A stretch of DNA of 64,000 bases from Acidobacteriota bacterium. GTDB taxonomy: Bacteria; Actinomycetota; AC-67. This document shows positions 1 through 9,505 of this stretch, in pieces (position 1 is the first letter of the stretch; every line of letters begins with the position of its first letter). Under the pieces are notes generated by a model, which was given only the letters and a program-made list of their open reading frames with translations, did not search any database and was not told the origin of the DNA. The position numbers were made by a program, and so were the translations under genes. The stretch is taken from the NCBI GenBank assembly GCA_016208485.1, contig JACQXY010000008.1, positions 568 to 64,567 of the forward strand. The letters are read 5' to 3'.

Positions 1-460
1 AGCCGTCGAGCGTCCAGCCTCCCGCCTCGCGCCTGGCCCGCGTCGCCACGCTCGCGGCGTCCGATCCTGCTCCGGCCTCCGCGTAGGCCCAGCACCCGAT
101 CCGCTCCCCGCGCAGCGCCCCCGGCAGGATCGCCGCTCGCTGCTCCGCCCTACCGAGCAAGAGCACCGCGGAGCACGCGAGCGCGGTGTGCACGTAGATG
201 CCGAGCGCCACGCCGGCCGAGCCGCGCGAGAGTTCCGCGCAGAGGATCGCGTACTCGACCGGCCCCCCGCCCGCTCCACCCTCGGCCTCCGGGAACCCGG
301 TGCCGAGCCATCCCATCGCCCCGAGTCGCGCAAGCAGCTCGCGCGGGTAGCGGCCCTCGCGGTCCCATCGCGCGGCGCTCGGAGCGATCTCGCGCGCGGC
401 GAACGCGCGCACCGCCTCCTGCCAGCGCGCCTCCTCCGGAGAGTGGAGTCCCGCCTCCAT
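1..460 (-). CDS. acyl-CoA dehydrogenase (3' end outside window)
   Basis: Not in the ORF track. Manual translation from ATG at 460: MEAGLHSPEEARWQEAVRAFAAREIAPSAARWDREGRYPRELL...GGAGGGPVEYAIL...GERIGCWAYAEAGAGSDAA, a typical ACAD N-terminus. TGATG overlap with the upstream hydratase stop. Confidence 0.88.
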   Translation of the reverse strand, partial: MEAGLHSPEEARWQEAVRAFAAREIAPSAARWDREGRYPRELLARLGAMGWLGTGFPEAEGGAGGGPVEYAILCAELSRGSAGVALGIYVHTALACSAVLLLGRAEQRAAILPGALRGERIGCWAYAEAGAGSDAASVATRARREAGGWTLDG

Positions 461-1263
461 CACGCCCCCCGGTAGCGCGGCGCGCGCTTCTCGCGAAACG
501 CCGAGAGCCCCTCGCGATGATCCTCGCTCTGCAGGCACTGAACCTGCGCGAACACCTCGTAGTCGAACTCCTCCTCCATCGCCCGGTCGATCGAGCGCCG
601 GATCGCGCGCTTGGTGAAGGCGAGGGCGCGCGGCGGTCCCGCCGCGAAGGCGGTGGCGCGCGCCGCGACCGCTGAGTCCAGCTCCGCCGCGGGGACCACG
701 TGGGTGACGAGGCCGACCCGCTCGGCCTCCTCCGCCCCCACGAACCGCCCCGACATCATCATCTCGGTCGCCCGCCCGAGCCCGACGAGGCGCGGCAGGA
801 AGTAGCCCGCCGACATGTCGCAGCCGGCGAGCCCGATCCGAACGAACGGCGCGCAGAAGCGCGCGCCCTCCTCGGCGACCCGCACGTCACAGGCCATCGC
901 CAGCCCGAGCCCGCCCCCGACCACGTCGCCGTTCAGCCGGGCGATCACCGGCTTGCCCATGCCGGAGATCCGGCGGATGGGGTCGAGGTACCGGTCGACG
1001 ATCCTCTCCCATTCTCCCGGGTCGCGCGGCACCATCTCGGCTTGATCGGCGCCCGCGCAGAACGAGCGCCCCGCCCCGGCGAGGATGACCGCGCGCGCCT
1101 CCGGCTCCGACGCGACCCGGTCGAGCGCGCCGATCAGGGCCTCCAGCGTCGAAAGGGCGATCGCGTTCAGACGCTCCGGCCGGTTGAGGGTAACCGTGGC
1201 GACCCCGCCTTCGGTTTCAACGAGCACCTCCTCGGCCGGCCCGCGCCCTCCAGTGCCGTTCAT
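460..1263 (-). CDS. enoyl-CoA hydratase/isomerase
   Basis: TLNRPERLNA, FCAGAD, GKPVIARLNGDVVGGG crotonase motifs. Start MNGTGG at 1263. Confidence 0.9.
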   Translation of the reverse strand: MNGTGGRGPAEEVLVETEGGVATVTLNRPERLNAIALSTLEALIGALDRVASEPEARAVILAGAGRSFCAGADQAEMVPRDPGEWERIVDRYLDPIRRISGMGKPVIARLNGDVVGGGLGLAMACDVRVAEEGARFCAPFVRIGLAGCDMSAGYFLPRLVGLGRATEMMMSGRFVGAEEAERVGLVTHVVPAAELDSAVAARATAFAAGPPRALAFTKRAIRRSIDRAMEEEFDYEVFAQVQCLQSEDHREGLSAFREKRAPRYRGA

Positions 1264-1265
1264 CG

Positions 1266-2126
1266 TCACCCCTCCAGGCGGAGCGCTCGAAGCGCGTTCT
1301 CGCGCACGATCTTGCGGAACACCTCGTCGGAGAAGTGCAGCCCTTCCAGCTCGGCGAGGGTGCGTTCGAAGGAGAGCAGCGGGTAGTCGGTCGCCCAGAT
1401 CACCTTGTCCTGCCCCCAGCCCCGCGCGAAATCGACGAACGGCGCCGGCCAGTGCTTCGGCGCCCGAGCCGAGGTCTCGACGTAGACGTTCGGGTGCTTC
1501 CAGGCAAGCGTCATCATCTCCTCGTGCCACGGCTGCCCGAGGTGGCACCCGAGGATGACGAGGTCCGGGAAGGCGAGCGCGACCTCGTCGAGGTAGATCG
1601 GACGCCCGCACTCGGAGGGAAGCAGAGGCCCGGTGTGGCCGACCTGGATCGCGACCGCCGCACCGAGTTCGGCGCACTTCACGTAGACGGGCCAGTAGTG
1701 CTTGTCGGTCGGCGGGAGGCCGGTGGTGCCGTCACCGTACATGTACGGTTCCAGCCGGATCACCTTCATCCCGAGGTCGCGCACGAGCCGCTCGACCTCG
1801 CGCGCCACCTCCATCGGCTTGCGCAAGGGGTTCACCGTCCCCGAGCCGACGAAGCGGTCGGGGCGCCGCGCCACCGCCTCAGCGACCTCCTCGTTCGTCA
1901 CGACCGGCAGGTCCTTGTGGTAGAAGGCCGAGAGCACGCAGCGGTCCACGCCGGCCCCGTCCATCTCCTCGATCATCCGCTCGATCGGCATGCCTTCGAA
2001 GATCGCGCGCGGGGACCGGTACTTCCGGAAGATGTGCAGGTACTCCTGCGGCCACCGCTTCGCTCCCTCCGGGCCGATCCAGCTTCCCCAGGCGTCGATC
2101 GCGATCCGTTCCCGTCCCATCCTCAT
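1266..2126 (-). CDS. amidohydrolase family 2 protein
   Basis: IDAW, QVGHTGP, GCHLGQPW, KHPNVYVETSA, WATDYP motifs. Confidence 0.88.
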   Translation of the reverse strand: MRMGRERIAIDAWGSWIGPEGAKRWPQEYLHIFRKYRSPRAIFEGMPIERMIEEMDGAGVDRCVLSAFYHKDLPVVTNEEVAEAVARRPDRFVGSGTVNPLRKPMEVAREVERLVRDLGMKVIRLEPYMYGDGTTGLPPTDKHYWPVYVKCAELGAAVAIQVGHTGPLLPSECGRPIYLDEVALAFPDLVILGCHLGQPWHEEMMTLAWKHPNVYVETSARAPKHWPAPFVDFARGWGQDKVIWATDYPLLSFERTLAELEGLHFSDEVFRKIVRENALRALRLEG

Positions 2127-2138
2127 CCTCCTTCGGAC

Positions 2139-3014
2139 TCAGGCGCCGCGCGTCCCGAACCGCGCGCGCGCCTCCGCCGGGCTCGCCGGCTCGGCGCCCA
2201 TCTCCCGCAGGATCCGCACCGCCTTCTCCACCATCTGCCCGTTCGAGCGCGCCGGCTCGCCCGGGGCGATGTGGATGCTGTCCTCGAGCCCCACGCGCAC
2301 CTGGCCGCCCATGGCCACCGCCGCACCGAGCATCCGGAAGTGGTTCCGCGCGCCGATTGCCGACACGAGCCAGACCGCGCGCGGCGGCAGGCTCTCGACC
2401 AGAAACACCAGGTTCCGCACGGAAGCCTCGGTGCACTCGCCGGGAATCCCCATCACGAGGTTCACGAGCGGCGGCTCGGCGAGGGCGCCGCGCTCGAGGA
2501 GCGCGCGGACGTTGTTGAGCATCCCGGCGTGGTAGATCTCCAGCTCGGGCTTCACGCCGTTGTCCAGGAAGAGGCGGGCGGCTCGCTCGAGTTCCTCGTG
2601 CGAGGAGAACAGCGGGACGAAGCGGTCCCGGACCCAGCGCCCAGCGCGCTCGTCCCACCGGCCGAGCAGGCTGCCACCCCCGGCGCTCAGCGAGGCGATC
2701 TCGGGGCGCAGCTCCGGCACGACCCGCAGACGCTCCTCCAGCGCGATCCCGGCGACGGCCCCGCCGGTCGTGAGGTTCAGCACCGCGTCGCAGCCGGCGG
2801 CGCGCAGCCCCTCGACGATCCGCCGGAACACCGCCACATCGGAGGTCGCGCGGCCGGCGGCATCGCGCGCGTGGATGTGCAGGATCGCCGCGCCGGCGCG
2901 CCATGCCACGAGACCCTGCGCCACAACGTCCTCCGGGCTCTCCGGCAGGTTCGGGTTCGCCTCTTTGCCCTGCTGCGCGCCGGTGAGGGCGCACGTGACC
3001 ACGACGCGGTCCAT
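2139..3014 (-). CDS. beta-keto acid cleavage enzyme (BKACE/DUF849, Kce-like)
   Basis: VTCALTG, NPNLPESPE, ILHIHARD, TTGG, KPELEIY, VRVGLED motifs. Start MDRVVVT. Confidence 0.9.
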   Translation of the reverse strand: MDRVVVTCALTGAQQGKEANPNLPESPEDVVAQGLVAWRAGAAILHIHARDAAGRATSDVAVFRRIVEGLRAAGCDAVLNLTTGGAVAGIALEERLRVVPELRPEIASLSAGGGSLLGRWDERAGRWVRDRFVPLFSSHEELERAARLFLDNGVKPELEIYHAGMLNNVRALLERGALAEPPLVNLVMGIPGECTEASVRNLVFLVESLPPRAVWLVSAIGARNHFRMLGAAVAMGGQVRVGLEDSIHIAPGEPARSNGQMVEKAVRILREMGAEPASPAEARARFGTRGA

Positions 3015-3016
3015 GC

Positions 3017-3832
3017 TCACTCCCTCCCGGGCTCCGGCGGAGGCCCGGCGCGGCCGCCGCTCCCCTCGCGCGCGGTGGGGCGCTTCTCGAGAAACGACGC
3101 CATCCCCTCCCGCTGGTCGCGCGTGGCGAAGTTCAGCACCACCGTGTTGATCGAGAAGTCGATCGCCGCCTCGAGGTCGGTGGTCATCCACTTGTGGATG
3201 ATCTCCTTCTGGGTCGCCAGCGCCTGCGGGCTCTTCGCGGCGAGGCGCGCGCGCCAGAGGTCCACCTCCGCCGCGAGGGCCTCGGCCGGCACAACCGCGT
3301 GAAGCAGGCCGCGCCGCTCGGCCTTCGCCGCGTCCCAGAACTCCCCCGTGAGGGCCATCTCGCGCGCGCCCTGGATGCCGATCGCCGCCGGCAGGATCGC
3401 CGCCTCGACGATCGCCGGGATCCCCCGGTTGATGTTCGGCAGCCCGAAGCGCGACCGGTCGGTCGCGATGCAGACGTCACACGACACCGCCAGCTCGAGT
3501 CCCGCTCCGAGGCAGAGGCCGTCTATCGCCGCGATCACCGGCTTCTCCGAGGTGCGGAGGGCGAGGAACGTGCGGTGCAGCTCGCGCCCCACCTCCCGGG
3601 CCTCGAAACCGGTCAGGTCCTTCACGTACGCGATGTCGATCCCCGCCGAGAAGGCCCGGTCCGACGCCGAGCCGACGACGATCACCCGCGCGCGCGGATC
3701 CCGCTCCGCCTCCGCGACGGCCGCGCGGATCTCGGTGAGCATCCGTGCGTCGATTGCGTTCAGCACCTCCGGACGCGCGAGCGTGATCCGAAACGCTCCG
3801 TCCTCGATCCCGCACCTTGTGGTCACGCCCAT
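3017..3832 (-). CDS. enoyl-CoA hydratase/isomerase
   Basis: RPEVLNAI, AFSAGID, KPVIAAIDGLCLGAGLELA. Confidence 0.88.
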   Translation of the reverse strand: MGVTTRCGIEDGAFRITLARPEVLNAIDARMLTEIRAAVAEAERDPRARVIVVGSASDRAFSAGIDIAYVKDLTGFEAREVGRELHRTFLALRTSEKPVIAAIDGLCLGAGLELAVSCDVCIATDRSRFGLPNINRGIPAIVEAAILPAAIGIQGAREMALTGEFWDAAKAERRGLLHAVVPAEALAAEVDLWRARLAAKSPQALATQKEIIHKWMTTDLEAAIDFSINTVVLNFATRDQREGMASFLEKRPTAREGSGGRAGPPPEPGRE

Positions 3833-3837
3833 TTCGC

Positions 3838-4629
3838 TCACCGCCCCCGGAACTCGGGCGGCCGCTTCTCGGCGAACGCCCTGAACCCCTCCGCCGCGTC
3901 CTCGGTCTGCCGCAGCGGCTCCGCGTGCCGCTGCTCCAAGCGCAGGGCCTCCTCCAGAGGCAGGTCCGCCCCGCGACGAGCGGCCGCGCGCGCCGCCCGG
4001 ACCGCGAGCGGAGCGTTTCGCGCGATCCGTTCGGCGAGCGCGAGCGCCTCGTCCATCGACCGTCCGGCGGGCACGATCCGGCTCACCAAACCGATCCGGA
4101 GCGCGGTCGCCGCGTCCACGGGATCGCCGGTCAAGAGGATCTCCATGGCGGCGCTCGCCGGGATCGCGCGCGGGAGGCGCTGGGTGCCCCCGGCCCCCGG
4201 GATGATCCCCCACCGCACCTCCGGGAGCCCGAAGGTCGCGTGCGGCTCGCAGATGCGCACATCGCACGCGAGCGCCAGCTCGAGGCCTCCGGCCAGGCAG
4301 GCCCCGTTCACCGCCGCGATCACCGGCTTGCCGGGGTCGAGGTTCCGGGTGAGGCCGCCGAGCCCCGGCTCCTGTTCGCCTCGCTCGAGCCGCTCAACCG
4401 GCGTCATGGAGCGGTAATGCTCGCCGATCCGCTTCAGGTCGGCCCCCGCGCAGAAGGCCTTGTCCCCCGCCCCTGTGAGTACCGCGGCTCGAAGCTCGCC
4501 GTCATCGCGAAAGGAGGCCCAGGCCTCGGCGAGCGCGCGGCTCATCTCCGGGCTGAGCGCGTTGCGCGCCTCCGGCCGGTCGATCGTGACGGCGAGGACG
4601 TGCCCTATGCGCTCGGTGCGAACGGTCAT
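3838..4629 (-). CDS. enoyl-CoA hydratase/isomerase
   Basis: DRPEARNAL, FCAGADL, GGGLE-like AGGLELA and FGLPEV catalytic Glu pair. Confidence 0.92.
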   Translation of the reverse strand: MTVRTERIGHVLAVTIDRPEARNALSPEMSRALAEAWASFRDDGELRAAVLTGAGDKAFCAGADLKRIGEHYRSMTPVERLERGEQEPGLGGLTRNLDPGKPVIAAVNGACLAGGLELALACDVRICEPHATFGLPEVRWGIIPGAGGTQRLPRAIPASAAMEILLTGDPVDAATALRIGLVSRIVPAGRSMDEALALAERIARNAPLAVRAARAAARRGADLPLEEALRLEQRHAEPLRQTEDAAEGFRAFAEKRPPEFRGR

Positions 4630-6035
4630 GAGTCCCCTTCCGGCTCGAATCCCGCGATGTCCAGGATGGTGCCGGCGCGCTCGGCGGCGAAGCGCGCGCG
4701 AACCCGCGCACCCGGGCGGACTTCCTCGACGCTCCCCAGGAGGTGGTGCATCATCGAGGTGCCGGCGCCGTCGAGCCGCACGAGCGCGAAGGTCTCTCTT
4801 CCGGGGACCTCGGTCGCGCACAGCAGGGTCCCCCCCGGCCCCACCCCGACCAACCCCGCGGTCGCCCCGCCGCAGCGCGGGCAGAGCGAGCGCGCAGGAC
4901 ACACGACGCAACCACAGCCCGGGCACCGCGCGCCGAGGATCCGCCCCTCGTCGCGCAGAGCGGCGAGGAACCGGCTCGAGACGCCTCCGGCCGCGTAGCG
5001 GAACGGGACCCTGATCGCGCCCTCCAAGGCCTCCCCCGCCGGTCCCGCCGTTCCCGGCGGCGCCGGAGCGCCCGCCGGTCCTGTGCGCCCCGGCGCGCCC
5101 GTCTGCCTCGCCGGGGCGCGCAGCGCGCGCGAGAGCACGATCTCGTCCCGGATCGGCCGGCCCCCAACGCCGGTCTCAGGGATTTCGGGCTTCTGGGACC
5201 GGTACCCGGCGATCGCGCCCGCGCGCCTCTCCACGACCTCGAATCCGTGACGCGCGTAGAAGGCGAGCGCGGGCTCGTTGTCATCGGTGGTCGTCGCGAC
5301 GAGCCGCTCCGCCCCCGCCGATATCGCGCGGTGCACGACCGCGTCCAGAAGCGCCGCGCCGAGGCACTCCGCCGGCCGCTCGCGCGCCACGGCGAGCAGC
5401 TCCCACTCCTGCCCGCCGTCCACGTAGATCGCGAGGCCGAAGGGCGCGCCGCCCTCCTCCGCGACGAAACCGGGAGCCTGAACCCCGTCGCGCAGCGCCC
5501 CGCGCGACACGATCCGCGGCGAGCCGAAGTGGCGGGTGAGGATCGCCGCGACCGCATCCCGGTCGCGCGGCTCGAAGGGGCGCAGGCGCACCGACATCGC
5601 GCGGAAGCCCTCGATGTCGTCCACGGCGCCGCGAAGAGTCTCCCCCCAGACAGCGTGAACCCGCTGTCCGATCGCGGGTCTCACCGGGCCGGGTTCCACA
5701 AGGAGGTGGTTGATCGTGGTGTCGGCGCCGTCGGGGCGCACGAGCATCCCGTACGGCGACGGGCGCGCCTTGCCGGTCCGCCCGTCGAGCATCGGCTGGT
5801 GCACGACCGTCCAGGCCTCCAGGGTTCCCTCGTGCGCGACCGGCACCCATCCCGACGGCCGGCGCCGGCACTCCCCGCAGAACGGCCGCGGCGGGAGGTA
5901 GCGGCGCCCGCAGCCTTCGCAGCGCAGCGCGAGGATCCGCCGCTTGCGCAGCCCGGCAAGGAACTCCCCCATCGCCGCGCCGGGGGCGTAGCGCCAGGAG
6001 AGGTCCATCCCGAGCGACACCGCGAGCGGGCTCAC
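4626..6035 (-). CDS. fusion: Zn-ribbon/OB-fold (DUF35) - GNAT - Zn-ribbon/OB-fold (DUF35)
   Basis: Two CxxC...CxxC + OB-fold units (RCEGCG..FCGEC; RCPGCG..LCPRC) flank a GNAT domain (TTDDNEPALAFYARHGF...KPEIPETG..PIRDEI). GTGA overlap with the upstream thiolase stop. Confidence 0.8.
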   Translation of the reverse strand: MSPLAVSLGMDLSWRYAPGAAMGEFLAGLRKRRILALRCEGCGRRYLPPRPFCGECRRRPSGWVPVAHEGTLEAWTVVHQPMLDGRTGKARPSPYGMLVRPDGADTTINHLLVEPGPVRPAIGQRVHAVWGETLRGAVDDIEGFRAMSVRLRPFEPRDRDAVAAILTRHFGSPRIVSRGALRDGVQAPGFVAEEGGAPFGLAIYVDGGQEWELLAVARERPAECLGAALLDAVVHRAISAGAERLVATTTDDNEPALAFYARHGFEVVERRAGAIAGYRSQKPEIPETGVGGRPIRDEIVLSRALRAPARQTGAPGRTGPAGAPAPPGTAGPAGEALEGAIRVPFRYAAGGVSSRFLAALRDEGRILGARCPGCGCVVCPARSLCPRCGGATAGLVGVGPGGTLLCATEVPGRETFALVRLDGAGTSMMHHLLGSVEEVRPGARVRARFAAERAGTILDIAGFEPEGDS

Positions 6036-7189
6036 GGCGCCTCCGATGACAGCACGATCACGTCCGACCACGCGTACACGCCGTACCCGGTGGCGAGGGT
6101 CGTGCGCGCCCCAGGGACCTGCCGCGCGCCTCCCCGCCCGTGGATCTGGAGCGCCGCCTCGGCGACCCGGATCACCCCGGAGGCGCCGACCGGATTGGAG
6201 GAGAGCACACCCCCCGAGGGGTTTACCGGCAGCTCCCCTCCGAGCGACGTCGTGCCCTCCTCAATCAGCCGCCCCGCCTCGCCGGCGCGGCAGAACCCGA
6301 GCGCCTCGTACCACGCCAGCTCCGCGTAGGTCACCGGCTCGTAGATCTCAGCGACGTCGAGGTCCCGGAGCGGCTCATCGATCCCCGCCTGGGCGTAGGC
6401 GGCGCGCGCGGCGTCCCGAAGGGCGCGCATCGTCACCAGGCGCCGCTCGATATCACCGATGTAGGGCTGCTCGTGCCGGGTGACGGCCGCGCGCACCCAC
6501 GCCGGCGCCGGGCAGAACTCGCGGGCGCGCTCCTCGCCGGCGACCACGATCGCCGCGGCGCCGTCGGACTGCGGACACATGTCGAGGAGGTGCACCGGGT
6601 GAGCGAGCATCCGCGAGGAGAGCACCTCCTCGACCGTGAGGCCGGGCATCTTCAGGTGGGCGAAGGGGTTGCGCGCCGCGTTCCGGCGGGCCTTCACGGC
6701 GACGAGCGCCGCCTGCCGTTCCGTCACCCCGCGCTCCGCCACGTACTGCGAGATCGACAGAGCGAAGTTGCCGATCGCTCCCGAGGCGACGGCGCGATCC
6801 CAGAACGGGTCCGTGAGAGCCATGCCGGTTTGCGTGTGACCCTCGGAGTGCTTCTCGAACCCGACGACAAGAACGAGGTCGAAGGCGCCGGAGGCGACGA
6901 GGTGGAACGCAGCGATGCAGGCGCTCGTGCCCGACGTGCCGCCGGTCGCGACCTTCAGGCACGTGCGCCCGAGCGCGAACGCGCCCTCGCCGACCCACAT
7001 CTCCGGGAAGGCACGCCCCTCGAACAACTCCATGTTGGAGAGCACGACGGCGTCGAGGTCGCGCGGACGCGCGCCGGCGTCCTCCAGCGCGCGGGAGGCG
7101 GCCTCGCGCACGATCTCGGGCTGAGAGACGTCCGGGCGCCGGCTGGCGTGAATCGTCTGGCCGGTGCCGATCACCGCGACCCGCCTCAC
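6032..7189 (-). CDS. thiolase-fold protein, Ltp3-like (SCP-x type)
   Basis: VAVIGTGQT, CPQSDGAAA, EIYEP, VNPSGGVLSSNPVGASG, RQVPGAR. Lacks the canonical catalytic Cys/His. Confidence 0.85.
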   Translation of the reverse strand: MRRVAVIGTGQTIHASRRPDVSQPEIVREAASRALEDAGARPRDLDAVVLSNMELFEGRAFPEMWVGEGAFALGRTCLKVATGGTSGTSACIAAFHLVASGAFDLVLVVGFEKHSEGHTQTGMALTDPFWDRAVASGAIGNFALSISQYVAERGVTERQAALVAVKARRNAARNPFAHLKMPGLTVEEVLSSRMLAHPVHLLDMCPQSDGAAAIVVAGEERAREFCPAPAWVRAAVTRHEQPYIGDIERRLVTMRALRDAARAAYAQAGIDEPLRDLDVAEIYEPVTYAELAWYEALGFCRAGEAGRLIEEGTTSLGGELPVNPSGGVLSSNPVGASGVIRVAEAALQIHGRGGARQVPGARTTLATGYGVYAWSDVIVLSSEAP

Positions 7190-8271
7190 GCCGCCGCCCC
7201 CCCGGCGCCGGCCCGGAGCACGGCCACCGCCTGCCCCTGACCGGCGGGCCCCCAGGTCCCGTGCGCGATCCCCCATCGCGAGTTCCCCGGCTCCCGCAGC
7301 GCGCGCGCCGCGGCCGCGAGCCGAGAGAGCCCCGCCGCGACCGGCACGGCCCCGCCGAAAAGCCCCCCGCCCGTCGACATCGCCGTCCGGGGTCCGATCC
7401 CCGCGGCGCGCGCGAACAGCTCCTCCTCGTGCGGAAACACGCAAGACGGCTCGGCGAGATCGAGCGCTCCCGCGTCGATGCCGGCGAGCGCGTAGGCGCG
7501 CGCACAAGCCCCTGCGAGCCCGCCCCAGATCGCGAGATCGCGATCCCCCGGTGAGTGCGCGTCCAGGTCGAGCCCGAAGCCGGCGACCTGGACCGGCCGC
7601 CGAGGCCCCTGCGCGCCGGTCCCGGCTCCGGGCTCGACGGCGCGCAGCACCACCGCGCAGGCGCCGTCGGCGAGCGGGGCGCACATCCCCTCGCGAAGCG
7701 GGGAGGCGAGGGGCGGAGAGCCGAGGATCTCCCCGGGCGTGCGCGCCTCGCCGCCCCCCGGCTCCGCCGCCGCGCGCCGTTCCGACGCCGCCGCCGCCCA
7801 GCGACCCTCCGCTCGGGAGTCCCGCGCCGCGAGCGCGGCCGCCTGCAGGCCCGCGCACACCAGGAAGTCCGCGCCGAGCGGCTGCAGGTGCACCGGATCC
7901 ATCGCCCACGCGGAGAGATCCCAGAACCGCGCCATCGAGGCCTTCCCGTGCGCTGCGACGAGCACCGTCCGGTAGGCCCCCGCCCGGATCTGGCAGGCGG
8001 CGTGGATCGCGGCGCACAACCCATCGCCGGCGATCCTGGTCTCGGGCTTCATCACCGCCCCGACGACCTCCGTCACGGCGACGTTCGACGCGGTGAGGCC
8101 GTCGAGCAGGTCCGCCGAGGCCGTCACAACGGCGTCGATTCCTCCGAATCCGATCCCGGCGTCCTCGATCGCGCGCTCGACGGCGTCGAGCACCATCTCG
8201 GGGATCGAGCGCGGATCGGCGCGCGCCGGGCCCGTCTCGCCGACCCCGGCGACGAGCGCGCTCGGGCTCAA
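7186..8271 (-). CDS. thiolase-fold protein, Ltp4-like partner subunit
   Basis: VAGVGET, SIPEMVLDAVERA, PLADGACAVVL. Degenerate C-terminal half. TTGA/GTGA coupling on both sides. Confidence 0.75.
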   Translation of the reverse strand: MSPSALVAGVGETGPARADPRSIPEMVLDAVERAIEDAGIGFGGIDAVVTASADLLDGLTASNVAVTEVVGAVMKPETRIAGDGLCAAIHAACQIRAGAYRTVLVAAHGKASMARFWDLSAWAMDPVHLQPLGADFLVCAGLQAAALAARDSRAEGRWAAAASERRAAAEPGGGEARTPGEILGSPPLASPLREGMCAPLADGACAVVLRAVEPGAGTGAQGPRRPVQVAGFGLDLDAHSPGDRDLAIWGGLAGACARAYALAGIDAGALDLAEPSCVFPHEEELFARAAGIGPRTAMSTGGGLFGGAVPVAAGLSRLAAAARALREPGNSRWGIAHGTWGPAGQGQAVAVLRAGAGGAAA

Positions 8272-9428
8272 CGCCCCTCCGTCCTGGGCAGCAAACCCGC
8301 CTCGCGCGCGATGATCTCCCGCATGATCTCGCTCGTGCCGGCGCCGATGCTGAACGCGAGCGAGTCCCGGTAGAGCCGCGTGATCGGAACCTCCTCCATG
8401 TAGCCGTACCCGCCGAAGATCTGCGCGCAGTCGTGGGCGATCCCGACCATCGCCTCGGCGGCGAAGAGCTTCGCCATCGAGATCTCCTTCTCGCACCGCT
8501 CACCGCGCACCGACAGATCGAGCGCGCGCTCGGTCAGCGCCTCCGCCGCCTCGATGGTCGCCAGCGCGTCGGCCAGCCGGTGGCGCCATGCCTGGAACCC
8601 GAGGATCGGCCGCCCGAACGCCTGCCGCTCGAGCCCGTAGCCGCGCGCCTTCTCCCACATCTCCCTCATCTGCGCGCCGCACATCACGGCGAGCACCAGG
8701 CGCTCTCCGGCGAACCCCTCCATGATCAGGCGGAACCCGCCGCCCTCCGGGCCGAGGAGGTTCCGCGCCGGCACCCGGCACTCCTCGAAGGAAAGCTCCC
8801 CGGTGTCCGAGGCATGCGTGCCGAGCTTCTCCAGCCTCCGCCCGCGCACGAACCCGGGGGCGTCGGCCGGAATCAGCAGAATGGAGATCCCCCCGTGCCC
8901 CGGCTCTCCGGTCCGCACGGCGGTCGTCACCCAGTCGCAGGTCGTGGCGTTCGTGATGAACGTCTTCGACCCGCTCACGACGTAGTCGCCGCCGTCGCGC
9001 GCCGCGCGCGTCGCGATCGCCGCCACGTCGCTGCCGGCGCCCGGCTCGGTCACCCCGAGAGCGCCGACCCGCTCGCCCGTGATCGCCGGGCCGAGGAACT
9101 CGCGCTTCTGCTCGGGCGTCCCGGAGCGGTCGATCACCTTGGTGGCGAACTCGGCGTGGGCGAGGATCGAGACCGGCACCCCGATCGAGCCGCATCGCAC
9201 GAGCTCGCGCACCATGGTCGCGGTGTACCGGAAGTCCCGCCCCGCCCCGCCGTACTCGGGGGAGAGGCGGACGCCCAGGAACCCAAGCTCTCCCAGCCGG
9301 CTGAAGAGGTCTCGGGGGATTCGCCCGGCACGCTCCCACTCCAGAACGTTCGGCGTGATCTCCCGATCCACGAGACGCCGCAGCGTCTGCCGAAACATCT
9401 CGCGCTCCTGGTCCTCCGGCTCCCCCAT
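8268..9428 (-). CDS. acyl-CoA dehydrogenase
   Basis: GVTEPGAGSDVA, GSKTFITN, RQAFGRPI, QIFGGYGYMEE, GAGTSEIM. Confidence 0.95.
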   Translation of the reverse strand: MGEPEDQEREMFRQTLRRLVDREITPNVLEWERAGRIPRDLFSRLGELGFLGVRLSPEYGGAGRDFRYTATMVRELVRCGSIGVPVSILAHAEFATKVIDRSGTPEQKREFLGPAITGERVGALGVTEPGAGSDVAAIATRAARDGGDYVVSGSKTFITNATTCDWVTTAVRTGEPGHGGISILLIPADAPGFVRGRRLEKLGTHASDTGELSFEECRVPARNLLGPEGGGFRLIMEGFAGERLVLAVMCGAQMREMWEKARGYGLERQAFGRPILGFQAWRHRLADALATIEAAEALTERALDLSVRGERCEKEISMAKLFAAEAMVGIAHDCAQIFGGYGYMEEVPITRLYRDSLAFSIGAGTSEIMREIIAREAGLLPRTEGR

Positions 9429-9465
9429 CCCGCCCCTCCCGGGCCAGGCGACATCGGTCCGTTCG

Positions 9466-9505
9466 ACGCTAGACCGAGCGCTGCTCAGTTGTCAAGCGCT
9501 GCTCA
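9466..9505 (-). promoter_or_regulatory. sigma70-type promoter of the CoA operon with putative repressor operators
   Basis: Minus-strand TTGACA (9495-9490), 18 nt spacer, TAGCGT (9471-9466). Near-palindrome ACCGAGC-GCT-GCTCAGT (9473-9489) and direct repeat AGCGCTGCTCA at 9477-9487 and 9495-9505. Confidence 0.6.
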
